Source of the DNA: a virus
Lineage: Duplodnaviria; Caudoviricetes
Virus record (IMG/VR): IMGVR_UViG_3300011977_000415
Span: 32,001-96,000 of that record
Strand: one strand, 5' to 3'
DNA: 64,000 nucleotides
Shown here: piece by piece, positions 8,506-18,324 of the stretch
Layout: each line of letters starts with the position of its first letter
Numbering within the stretch: the stretch's first letter is position 1
Notes under the pieces: generated by a model
The model's database searches: none
The model's input: the letters and a program-made list of their open reading frames with translations, nothing else
Told to the model about the DNA's origin: nothing
Program-made: the position numbers and the translations under genes

Positions 8506-8873
8506 GTATATATGTCCGTCTAAAACCCGAAAACCGTACGGGTCAGCTTACGTCAGAAACAGAAGTATAGAACCATAGAAGTGGTTCAAGAAGTCTTTCT
8601 TCCTTTGACTGCAAAATATTATCTTTGCACGAATCATAATTGCCCTGTAGGATTTAATATAATTTAACACTCTTTGTTGAATGCAAGGAAGAACAGCTTC
8701 AATATGCTGAATATCAGTAGTATAACATTGTGTTAACCCTTAATCTGTAGAAAAGGATGTTATCATACAAAGTAATGTCCATTTGTACTTTTTCTATATG
8801 GTTTTATACTTACATTTGCATATCATTTGTATCTTGATAACAGTAACTAACTGATTATCAATATACTTTATAT

Positions 8874-9403
8874 TTGAGTAATATGAAATATGAAGTGCTG
8901 GAGGAACGTCCCGTAGACAAACAGACTGGTGTTGTGAGTGATGCCATTATTAGGCTTACTGGACAGAAAACCTCCCAATGGTATCCAGACACACTCCGCA
9001 TGGTTATTTATGAGGATTATGCTACCGGCAACATTTATAGATTTCTGAGCGACGATTTCACTCATTCCTACCTTACTATAGCGGAACTCTATAGAGAGCG
9101 CTGGCAAGTGGAATGTTTCTTCAAATGGATTAAACAACGACTGCATATCAAGTCGTTCTACGGAACGAGCCAGAATGCTGTATTCTCGCAGATTTGGATC
9201 GCCATATGCGATTATCTGCTGCTTGCCATTGCTAAGAAAGTATATCATATTGATCAAAATCTTTATATCTTATCGGCTGCCATTGGTAAAGTTCTCTTTG
9301 AAAGGAAACCTTTAGGTGAGCTATTTGTTAAGCCCAAACGTCCTCAGAATGACTCCGATAATGGTCAGTTGACCTTATGGGAAAATTTCTTTGGACAGTA
9401 GTG
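8874..9403 (+). pseudogene. IS4-family transposase, C-terminal remnant with probable terminal sequence
   Basis: IAELYRERWQVECFFKWIKQRL (Y-R-E-K signature); ends ...ggacagtagtg; N-terminal half missing. Confidence 0.85.
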
Positions 9404-9996
9404 TTTCCTATGTTTTTTTCTGTATCAAAACCGTAGTCGGACAAGATATCTCGGTATAAGTATTCATTTGGGGCATCTTGATTGGTATAGTTATAATAAC
9501 ACTTGCTTCTTGCAACAATTCCATATGTCTTGTGCCAAGCTAAATCGGCGAACCCTAAATATACAGGAAAAGTCAGATGTTGAACATTATAATCTACCAT
9601 ATTGGCAAGATTCAATTAACTTACTTTATTTAATGCAGTTATCAAGTTAGCTTCGCGAAGATAGAAAAGATTGAATAGTTGGATTACGCCTTCAAGCAGT
9701 TCACCTTTGGCGGCATAGTATTCCGAGAACAACCTACCGATGCATTCCATAGTAGGATCAGAGGAAAACTCATACCAATCTGCTCTAAGCTCACCATCAT
9801 CAAAAACACTAAGTTGCTTCAATTCTTCAGGAGAATTTATTGCTGCATGATCGGGACGCTTAAAGTTTGCGGCACCAGGGTTCTTCATGACAACAGATCC
9901 TTTAACTTCCCACGAATTACCGAATTTCAAAATAGTCCTCCATCTAATGCCATCACTCGTTCAACCTAACTTTGTATAATGTGTAAAAACTTTCAT
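9404..9996 (-). pseudogene. DUF1643-like gene with two in-frame stops, truncated by the IS
   Basis: One frame from ATG 9996 with TGA at 9961-9963 and TAA at 9616-9618; motifs VVMKNPG, DPTM, FNLFYLRE. Confidence 0.55.
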
Positions 9997-10983
9997 TTAT
10001 CTGTTCTCCTTATTTATTAAGTTTACTACAACTTTTACCATTACGTCTTTCTCCTCAGTGCGACTTTCTGCAATCATTAATGTCAAAGCCACAAGTGTGT
10101 TGTCGGCAATTCGCTTATGCCCATCTTGTCCATAAAGAATGCCGTTCTTTTCCATAAACCACAAGAACAACATGGCAGCAATACGCTTGTTGCCATCACT
10201 GAACGAATGGTTTTTCACAACGAGATAAAGTAGCATGGCTGCTTTTTCTTCTATTGATGGGTAAAGCTCTTCTCCGCCAAATGTTTGGTAAATCTGTCCA
10301 ATACTACTCTTGAAAGAGTCATCTTTCTCATTTGCAAACCATTTGCTGGCACCAAATTTTTCCTTCAAAGCTTCGATTGCTTCCATTGCATTGCCATATG
10401 TCGCACGAAAAGGCTCTCCTTTTGTCGTTTGCTCTATGTTGAGCGACTGAAAATCATATTTGTCAAGAGTGTCAAGTGCATAAACATAATCGCTTATAAC
10501 ATTAAAGAGGCCTTCATACTCTCCATTTGTTACGCTCTGCTGCAGAATGATTGCTCGCGACATGAGTTGAACAACATTTTTCAAATCTTCATAGTGGTCA
10601 AGACGCCTCTGGTTGACAACATAACCTTTGATCAGGTATTGTTTTAGAATTGATGTTGCCCATTTTCTAAAAGATGTAGCATTTTTGCTATTCACTCGAT
10701 AACCTACCGATATAACCATGTCAAGGTTATAGAATGGTATATCGCGAACTATCTTTCTGCTACCCTCAAAACGAACCTGTGCATTTTTTGCACAGGTTGA
10801 GATCTCATCCAACTCCTCTACCTTATATATGTTTCTGATATGACGAACAATAGACGTTCTGTCTACTCCAAACAACTCAGCCATTTGGTTTTGAGTCAGC
10901 CATACAGTATCTTTTTCAAGCTTTACATTCAGTTCGACCTTTCCGTCTGCAGAACGATATATCTCTATTTTGTTTTCTTCCAT
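9997..10983 (-). CDS. RhuM-family / Fic-DOC domain protein
   Basis: TVWLTQNQMAELF, YNLDMVISVGYRVNS; Fic motif HSFSDGNKR; start at MEENK (10983). Confidence 0.9.
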   Translation of the reverse strand: MEENKIEIYRSADGKVELNVKLEKDTVWLTQNQMAELFGVDRTSIVRHIRNIYKVEELDEISTCAKNAQVRFEGSRKIVRDIPFYNLDMVISVGYRVNSKNATSFRKWATSILKQYLIKGYVVNQRRLDHYEDLKNVVQLMSRAIILQQSVTNGEYEGLFNVISDYVYALDTLDKYDFQSLNIEQTTKGEPFRATYGNAMEAIEALKEKFGASKWFANEKDDSFKSSIGQIYQTFGGEELYPSIEEKAAMLLYLVVKNHSFSDGNKRIAAMLFLWFMEKNGILYGQDGHKRIADNTLVALTLMIAESRTEEKDVMVKVVVNLINKENR

Positions 10984-10994
10984 ATCAATAGTTG

Positions 10995-11135
10995 TCAGTC
11001 TTGTTTGTATAACTCCCATAGGCTTTTTGCCCATTCTTTCATTGTTTGTCGCAATGATTTTGGTTCCATCACTTCTATCATATTTCCTGCATGAAGTAAC
11101 TCCATGACAAAATCATAAGTTGGACGAAGCCTCAA
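10995..11135 (-). pseudogene. C-terminal remnant of a WYL-domain regulator
   Basis: Translates LRLRPTYDFVMELLHAGNMIEVMEPKSLRQTMKEWAKSLWELYKQD*, a WCX-like tail; no upstream WYL domain. Confidence 0.7.
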
Positions 11136-11903
11136 TTATCCCTCATATTCTTCCATTTCTTTTGGAATGGTCATGTTATATTTACGATTAAATGTACCAT
11201 TGGTAGCAGCTTGGATTTTCCCAGTCCCGACATCTATCTTTTCGGGATGCAGTTCTTCGAACCAAAAATGACCTGCCTTTTCAGCCATATACAGAAACAT
11301 CCTCTTTACTCTGTTGTTGTCCAAAGTTTCCAACAAGTGCTGTACAACATCAGAACGTATGGTGGTCAGTTGCTCCATAACATAGTACAGATCCATGTAA
11401 CTGTATGACTTTGGAGCCAAGATTAGACACTCCAAGAACGCTTGTTCTGGAGAAGAAACATATAACGTGCCACTGTCCGTAACTCTTTCTATTGTCTCTG
11501 TATACGAGAAGGCATTTGTGTGAAACACCCGGAAGGTAGCGTCATAGACATCACTTTGCATCCATAATGGTGTCTTGAACGTTGGTGCTGCCACCATCAG
11601 AACAGGCTTTCCCATTGGTACATAATGGTTGAACCCCGTATATTCCAAGGCAGACATTGCAGCCACTCTGAGGGTGCCACCCATCTGTTTGTTATATGAC
11701 GCTATGGCATCATAAGCGTTCAAACGGGCACCAGTGCGACACATCACACCTTTGCATATAGCTGTCAGCCATCCAGAGTCTCTGTATTTCTTTTGCAGTT
11801 GGACTGAATAGCCTTTCTTCTTTAGCCAGTCAGCAAACAACAGTCCTGTCGGTGCGGTATTGGCAAGCAGTTGGTTTATTTTTGTTCCGTATAATATATC
11901 CAT
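11136..11903 (-). CDS. Type IV toxin-antitoxin AbiEi-family antitoxin
   Basis: TKINQLL..GYSVQLQKKYRDSGWL, SSPEQAFLECL, VKRMFLYMAEKAGHFWF. Confidence 0.88.
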   Translation of the reverse strand: MDILYGTKINQLLANTAPTGLLFADWLKKKGYSVQLQKKYRDSGWLTAICKGVMCRTGARLNAYDAIASYNKQMGGTLRVAAMSALEYTGFNHYVPMGKPVLMVAAPTFKTPLWMQSDVYDATFRVFHTNAFSYTETIERVTDSGTLYVSSPEQAFLECLILAPKSYSYMDLYYVMEQLTTIRSDVVQHLLETLDNNRVKRMFLYMAEKAGHFWFEELHPEKIDVGTGKIQAATNGTFNRKYNMTIPKEMEEYEG

Positions 11904-12239
11904 AGTTTATTGCAAAGCTAAATATCTAACTGCAAAGATAGATGTTTTTATCCTTCCTTGCAAGAAATGAGCTAGAAAAATCGCCTTGAAATAAACCAAA
12001 AGTGTATTTTGACGCATAATTACCAACCAAAGAACTTTCCTCCATCATCATAAGTTTTCTCCCAATCGGATTTGCCCCACAACGTTCGTTTTATGGCTCA
12101 AAAATTCGTGTGTGCTATCCGTGTACAACATAATAAAAGATAAAGGTAAAGGCTTCCCTAACTGGTTGTAATCAATATTCCACAATGTTTATCGGGTAAG
12201 CCTATATTTGGGCTCATTTAAGAAAATAGACCATTAAAT

Positions 12240-12495
12240 AGGGCCTGCTGAATTATTATCTGATCACAGACAGAGGGTAGCAGACGTAGTCCCTCATAGT
12301 GACGATAATGATGAAAAATCTCCATATTTCGGTCAGGACAAGACAAAGTTCCCTCAGGAACTTCATCACATTTTTGACGAAGTAGCACATTCCAGTCCAG
12401 CATCGTGCTGTATCTGGAAGCTTGGCTCTTATGTCATTGGCTCGATAGATTCTCTTGCCGGTACCGAATGAGCATTCGATTTCGTTGCACGCCAA
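12240..12495 (-). pseudogene. IS5-family transposase C-terminal remnant with probable IS end
   Basis: NEIECSFGTGKRIYRANDIRAKLP; end-like sequence gggcctgctgaatta at ~12241. Confidence 0.65.
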
Positions 12496-12557
12496 CATCG
12501 CAGACACCTTTATCATGATCATGATTTTTGATTAGTAATAACAAGCCTTAATAATTA

Positions 12558-12664
12558 CTTGACTAATTCAAAATTTCATGTACCTTTGCAAGAAAGGACA
12601 TTATCGGAATAAACGAGCCCGTCTTTAGACGTCCCAACGTTGGTATCCGACAATGTCTTTTCTT
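12558..12664 (+). promoter_or_regulatory. Bacteroidetes promoter followed immediately by a long stem-loop
   Basis: CTTG-N19-TACCTTTG (12581-12588); stem 12590-12608 / 12646-12664. Confidence 0.5.
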
Positions 12665-12940
12665 CGTTCACGGCTTGATTATAGTAAAACATTTCGTCAT
12701 TATAATGTTGGATAAGCACATTTGATGATTACTGAGTCGAGCCATTATCTTTGGCACAACTTTATTCGTAGATATAATCTTTATCTGGATAAAGTGACTA
12801 CGGTTTCTGTTGACTTTGAGAAAATCTCCATATGGTTTGATAGCAGAAACTCGTAAAAACATGGTTTTAGAGAAAAACCTAAGATATTTGGCAGGAAATG
12901 AAAATTTCTCATTATCTTTGTAGCATAAAAACACAATTGT

Positions 12941-13165
12941 ATGGAAGATGTAAACAGAATTAAATTGGTTCTCGTAGAGAAAAAACGTACCAGCAAATGG
13001 CTGGCAGAGCAGCTCGGTGTTAACCCCTCGACTGTCAGCAAGTGGTGTACGAACTCTTCCCAACCAGACCTTGCGTGTATATTAAAGATTGCAGATCTAC
13101 TGGAAGTTGACTTAAAAGAACTCTTTGTGAGAGAGTACAAACAATATCTCCTTTCTCAGAAGTAA
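12941..13165 (+). CDS. XRE-family HTH transcriptional regulator
   Basis: NRIKLVLVEKKRTSKWLAEQLGVNPSTVSKWCTNSSQPDL; TATCTTTG at 12913-12920. Confidence 0.9.
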   Translation: MEDVNRIKLVLVEKKRTSKWLAEQLGVNPSTVSKWCTNSSQPDLACILKIADLLEVDLKELFVREYKQYLLSQK

Positions 13166-13333
13166 AATATACTTCGGTAGAACTATCGTAGCAAAGGACA
13201 AATAAGGGCGTACACGTAGATGTAGGACAGGCCTTCGACATCCTTTTAGGAGAGGCTAAACCAAAGGCAAAAAGAGACCAATAACACCCAAGAAGAGAGT
13301 AAGATAAAAGTAAAACAATAAAAAAGTGAAGAT

Positions 13334-16300
13334 ATGATAGCATTCATTGATACGGAGGTGAATCCGCAGACGAAGAAGGTGGCGGATTACGGGGCAGTGA
13401 GGGAGGATGGTGCGGTGTTGCACTCTCACTCCAAGGCTGACTTCGATGCCTTTGTGTCAAGATGCGATACAATATGTGGACACAATATCATCAATCATGA
13501 CCTGAAATATACCGCGTTAAGGGGAAATCCGACGATTGTGGATACGCTATTCCTGTCGCCGTTGCTGTTCCCTAAGCGACCTTATCACCACTTGGTAAAG
13601 GACGATAAGTTGCAGGTGGATGAACTGAACAATCCCGTGAATGATGCGATAAAGGCTCGTAACTTGCTGAATGACGAAGTGGCGGCTTGGAATCAGTTAT
13701 CACCCTATAGACAGAAAATCTACTATTACCTGTTGAATGAAACTAAAGAGTTCGGAGGTTTCTTTAAGCATATCGGATATTCGCCAAATGTAAGTTGGAT
13801 ATCATCAATATTTGCATCTAAACCGGATTGGATACAATTAATTCTGAAGGAATACGATGGGAAGATATGCAACCATGCAGACTTCTACACCTTGGTCAAG
13901 CAGTATCCCATAGAGTTGGCCTATTGTTTGGCTGTGATTGGCGCTGACGACATCTTTTCGATAACTCCAGCATGGGTGATACGCAACTATCCACAGGTGG
14001 TGAATGTGATGAACATACTGTGCAATACGTCTTGCGGAGATTGTGAGTATTGTCATCAACGGTTGAATGCGCACTACGGACTGAAAGAGTTCTTTGGTTA
14101 TGGTGAGTTTCGTATTTTTGATGGCGTTCCTATGCAGCAACAAGCTGTGGAGGCGGCCATCCGTGGCGAGTCGTTACTGACGATTTTCCCAACGGGAGGC
14201 GGCAAGTCGCTGACTTTCCAGTTACCCGCTTTGATGGCTGGAAGGAATACACATGGGTTGACCGTAGTTATTTCACCATTACAGTCGCTGATGAAAGACC
14301 AAGTGGACAACCTCGCGGAACGTGGTATTAGCGACGCGGTGACCATCAACGGATTGTTAGACCCTATCGAACGGGCAACTGCTATCGAACAGGTGGCTGA
14401 CGGAACAGCCAATCTGCTCTATATTGCTCCAGAAATGTTGCGTAGCAAGACCATTGAGCGTCTGTTGATGGGACGCCATGTTGTTCGCTTTGTGATAGAT
14501 GAGGCCCACTGCTTCTCTGCATGGGGGCACGATTTCCGTGTGGACTACTTGTATATCGGTGATTTCATTCGCCAGTTGCAAGAAAAAAAACAATTGAAAC
14601 GGCCTATTGCGGTATCGTGTTTTACAGCAACAGCCAAACAAAAGGTTATTAGCGACATTTGTGACTACTTCAGGGCAAAGTTGGGCTTGGAACTGAAAGT
14701 GTTTGCCGCTAATGCTGAGCGTAAAAACCTGCGCTATTCTGTGCTTCACGCTGATACGGCTGATGAGAAATATAACCTATTGCGCTCATTGATTCTTGAT
14801 CATAACTGCCCCTCGATAGTGTATGTTTCTCGTACTCGACGAACCCGTGAATTGGCACAGCATTTGGTCAACGACGGCATACGTGCCTTGCCTTTCAACG
14901 GAAAGATGGAGGCTGCGGAGAAGATTAAGAACCAGAATGCTTTTATGAGTGGCGATGCACAGGTGATTATAGCCACGTCTGCCTTTGGAATGGGGGTTGA
15001 CAAGAAAGACGTAGGGTTGGTGGTTCACTATAACATCAGCGACTCTTTGGAAAATTATGTGCAGGAAGCTGGACGTGCTGGACGAGACCCGCAGATGCAG
15101 GCTGAATGCTTTGTATTGTATGCAGACAGCGACCTCGACAAGCACTTTATTCTCCTTAACCAAACCAAACTTAGTATCAGCGAGATTCAGCAGGTTTGGA
15201 AAGCCATCAAGGATCTTACAGCAAAGCGAGATAAGGTAAGTTGTTCGCCATTGGACATTGCACGCCAGGCTGGATGGGGAGACGAAATAGATGACATAGA
15301 AACCCGAGTGAAAGCTGCCATTGCGGCCCTTGAAGATGCTGGATTCATACAACGTGGCAGTAATTCACCGCATGTGTTTGCTACGGGCATTGCTGTGAAG
15401 AATATGGATGAAGCCCGCCGCAAGCTAACCATCTCACCTCTCTTTGATGAGCAGTCACGCGAGGAAGCAGCTCGTATTATCAAGTCGTTAATAAGTGCTC
15501 GTGCAACAGCTGAAGGAAGAGGTGCTGAGGCTGAAAGTCGGGTTGACTATCTGGCAGACATCCTTGGTATGAACAAGGCGACTGTCATTCGCAATATCAA
15601 TCTGATGCGGCAGAATGGTATTCTAGCTGACAGCCGCGATATGCAGGCATGGATTACCAAGAGTACGACGGTGAGGAACCTTGATACCATACTACGATTG
15701 GAGCAGTTTATGTTACAACAATTTTCAGAAGAATCACGTCGGTTTAACTACAAGGAATTAAATGAGGAGGCTCAGAAGGCCGGAATGACTTACTCCAATG
15801 TCAAACGACTGAGGATGTTACTGCACTTCATGACGCTGAAAGGGTACATTTACAAACAGGAGCACAGCATTACTGGTTATGTCAACATAAGACTTCAGTC
15901 ATCAATGGAGGTAAAAAAAGCTCGATTTGAACGACGGATGGATATTTGCAGGTTTGTCGTGGATCGTTTGAGTACACAAAAAGACAGCAACAAGGATATG
16001 ATACTTATCAACTTTTCTGTTATAGAACTACTCCAGCAGTTCATTGCCAGTCGCCGGGAAACGATGTTTTCGGACAATGATAAGCCCACAATTGCAGACA
16101 TCGAAGAAGCACTGCTATATCTTACCAAAACGGAACTGATGAAGATTGAAGGCGGATTTATCGTTCTCTATAATACCATGCAAATTGGACGTCTCGTAGC
16201 AACACGTACCAGATATGGCAAAGAGCAGTATCGTTTGTTGGATGAATTCTATAAACAACGCATTCGCCAGATTCATATCGTAGGCGAATATGCCAATCTG

Positions 16301-18067
16301 ATGGTTCGTGACTACAATGCAGCGTTGCGTTTCGTCAACGACTACTTTACAATGGACTTCCGCAAGTTCATCAAACAGTATTTCAAAGAAGAACGCAGGG
16401 CGCAGATTGACCAGAACATCACTCCAGCCAAATACAACAAACTCTTTGGCGAACTCTCTAACCGCCAATGCGAGATTATCGACGACAAGGAGTCGAAATA
16501 TATCGTTGTCGCAGCAGGTCCGGGAAGCGGAAAGACGCGGGTACTGGTGCACAAGTTGGCCTCGCTGTTGCTGCTGGAGGATGTGAAGCACGAGCAACTG
16601 TTGATGCTCACTTTCTCAAGAGCTGCGGCAACTGAATTCAAGAAACGACTCATAGAATTGGTGGGTAATGCCGCACATTATGTGGACATCAAGACCTTCC
16701 ATTCCTATAGTTTCGACCTTGTTGGCAAGCAGGGCAGTCTGGATGAGGCGAAAGATGTGGTACGCCTTGCGGCAGAGATGATTGAAAATGGTGAGGTAGA
16801 AGCATCGAAGATTGCCAAGAGCGTGCTTGTCATTGACGAGGCGCAGGATATGGGACAGGATGACTTCCGATTGGTGCAGGCTCTGATGCGCCAGAACGAG
16901 GAGATGCGAGTCGTTGCTGTGGGTGATGACGACCAGAACATCTATGGTTTCCGCGGTTCCGACTCACGATACATGTTGTCGCTCGTCGAGCAAGAAGGTA
17001 CTCAGACTACGATTGGGCGAACACAGAGTGAGCAGGCTCGACCGAAGGTCAAGTTGTATGAGATGACAGACAATTATCGTTCTGCAAAAGCGGTAGTTGA
17101 TTGTGCCAACCGCTATGTACTACGGATACCTGGCCGTTTGAAGCATACTTCCATACAATCAGCGACAGGGGAAGATGGCAAGGTGATGACTTTGAAGTCA
17201 CTTTTAGATGCAGAAATAAAGGTAGAGGGAAGTACCGCGATACTAACCCGTACCAACGAGGAAACAATGCAGGTTGCCTACGAGTTGGGGCAGCGAGGAT
17301 TGCATGCCACAATTGCGCAGTCGTTGGGAGGTTTCCGTTTTGGAAATCTTGCAGAAGTGCGTTACTTCCTTAAACAGTTTGGCGGGAAAGGTGATGTGAC
17401 TCTTTCAAAGGAGAGGTGGCAAGAAGCCAAACAGCGTACACTGGAAACCTATGCGGCAAGTTCTTGTCTCAGTATTATGCGGCATTTCTTTTCAGACTTC
17501 GAGATAACGCACAAATTCTATTATCGTAGTGATTTGCGTGAATACATCTTTGAGTCGAATATTGAAGATTTCATTGCAGCTGATGATAAGTCTGTATTTG
17601 TGAGCACTATCCACAAAGCAAAGGGTCGTGAGTTTGATACTGTGTATCTCTTGTCGCCAATACCTGATGGGAGGGATATCAATGATATGCGGACTTATTA
17701 CGTGGGGCTCACTCGTGCAAAACGAAACCTGTATCTTGTTACGAATCCTCCCAAGGAGTATTCATCAATATCCATTGCATTGAATATGCATGATGTCTGG
17801 CTTGACTTCTTCAAGGAGCGCAAGAATGTTGTGCTTCGTCTCAGAAGCGGTGACAGTTTGCAATACAAGGATGGCTATTTATTAAATGAAGATGGCATCA
17901 ATGTCGCGGCGCTCTCTGTCTCTGGCAAGGATAAATTGAAAGCCTGGACGGATAAAGGCTATGAGGTGACAAGTGCGAATGTGATTTATACGTTGGCTTG
18001 GAAGCCCCAAAACTATAATACGGAATATGCAGTTTGTTTGGCAAATGTGGTCTTATCTAAAAAATAA
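13334..18067 (+). CDS. DEDD-exonuclease-like + RecQ (SF2) + UvrD-like (SF1) helicase fusion, 1577 aa
   Basis: N-term FIDTE/CGHNIINHD; RecQ PTGGGKS, IDEAHC, FTATA, QEAGRAGRD; SF1 AGPGSGKT, IDEAQD, VGDDDQNIYGFRG, STIHKAKGREFD, YVGLTRAK. Confidence 0.9.
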   Translation: MIAFIDTEVNPQTKKVADYGAVREDGAVLHSHSKADFDAFVSRCDTICGHNIINHDLKYTALRGNPTIVDTLFLSPLLFPKRPYHHLVKDDKLQVDELNNPVNDAIKARNLLNDEVAAWNQLSPYRQKIYYYLLNETKEFGGFFKHIGYSPNVSWISSIFASKPDWIQLILKEYDGKICNHADFYTLVKQYPIELAYCLAVIGADDIFSITPAWVIRNYPQVVNVMNILCNTSCGDCEYCHQRLNAHYGLKEFFGYGEFRIFDGVPMQQQAVEAAIRGESLLTIFPTGGGKSLTFQLPALMAGRNTHGLTVVISPLQSLMKDQVDNLAERGISDAVTINGLLDPIERATAIEQVADGTANLLYIAPEMLRSKTIERLLMGRHVVRFVIDEAHCFSAWGHDFRVDYLYIGDFIRQLQEKKQLKRPIAVSCFTATAKQKVISDICDYFRAKLGLELKVFAANAERKNLRYSVLHADTADEKYNLLRSLILDHNCPSIVYVSRTRRTRELAQHLVNDGIRALPFNGKMEAAEKIKNQNAFMSGDAQVIIATSAFGMGVDKKDVGLVVHYNISDSLENYVQEAGRAGRDPQMQAECFVLYADSDLDKHFILLNQTKLSISEIQQVWKAIKDLTAKRDKVSCSPLDIARQAGWGDEIDDIETRVKAAIAALEDAGFIQRGSNSPHVFATGIAVKNMDEARRKLTISPLFDEQSREEAARIIKSLISARATAEGRGAEAESRVDYLADILGMNKATVIRNINLMRQNGILADSRDMQAWITKSTTVRNLDTILRLEQFMLQQFSEESRRFNYKELNEEAQKAGMTYSNVKRLRMLLHFMTLKGYIYKQEHSITGYVNIRLQSSMEVKKARFERRMDICRFVVDRLSTQKDSNKDMILINFSVIELLQQFIASRRETMFSDNDKPTIADIEEALLYLTKTELMKIEGGFIVLYNTMQIGRLVATRTRYGKEQYRLLDEFYKQRIRQIHIVGEYANLMVRDYNAALRFVNDYFTMDFRKFIKQYFKEERRAQIDQNITPAKYNKLFGELSNRQCEIIDDKESKYIVVAAGPGSGKTRVLVHKLASLLLLEDVKHEQLLMLTFSRAAATEFKKRLIELVGNAAHYVDIKTFHSYSFDLVGKQGSLDEAKDVVRLAAEMIENGEVEASKIAKSVLVIDEAQDMGQDDFRLVQALMRQNEEMRVVAVGDDDQNIYGFRGSDSRYMLSLVEQEGTQTTIGRTQSEQARPKVKLYEMTDNYRSAKAVVDCANRYVLRIPGRLKHTSIQSATGEDGKVMTLKSLLDAEIKVEGSTAILTRTNEETMQVAYELGQRGLHATIAQSLGGFRFGNLAEVRYFLKQFGGKGDVTLSKERWQEAKQRTLETYAASSCLSIMRHFFSDFEITHKFYYRSDLREYIFESNIEDFIAADDKSVFVSTIHKAKGREFDTVYLLSPIPDGRDINDMRTYYVGLTRAKRNLYLVTNPPKEYSSISIALNMHDVWLDFFKERKNVVLRLRSGDSLQYKDGYLLNEDGINVAALSVSGKDKLKAWTDKGYEVTSANVIYTLAWKPQNYNTEYAVCLANVVLSKK

Positions 18068-18069
18068 AA

Positions 18070-18300
18070 ATTCCCCAGGAAGAAACACTTCTCATCTACT
18101 CTTCTTGGGATGGTTATTACAAGGATCCAGAGCAGGTGAAAGCCAACCCAAAGTACAAGGAGTTCCGTGAAATGTTCCACAATGTTGTGGACATCCACAC
18201 ATCTGGCCATGCAGACCGCCAGACAATCGAGAAAGTAATCAAAACAGTTAATCCAAAAGAAGTTATCTGCATTCACAAGGAGGCAGATGCAAAAATATAA
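18070..18300 (+). pseudogene. C-terminal remnant of an MBL-fold/beta-CASP (RNase J-like) hydrolase
   Basis: Translates ...LIYSSWDGY...DIHTSGHADRQTIEKVIKTVNPKEVICIH...*; no start or HxHxDH motif. Confidence 0.75.
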
Positions 18301-18324
18301 GTAAGTGTACAGAATTAAATTGAT

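Larger units (their letters stand above)
1..8700. mobile_element. Probable leading region of a Bacteroidales conjugative/integrative element (continues left of the window)
   Basis: All genes on the minus strand; two ssb genes, parA+RHH, small acidic proteins, long hairpin-rich spacers; no relaxase or tra genes in the window. Confidence 0.7.

Noticed and set aside
9616-9963. Stop-codon recoding in the DUF1643-like gene
   Set aside because: Two different stops (TGA, TAA) plus IS truncation; neighbouring genes use these stops normally
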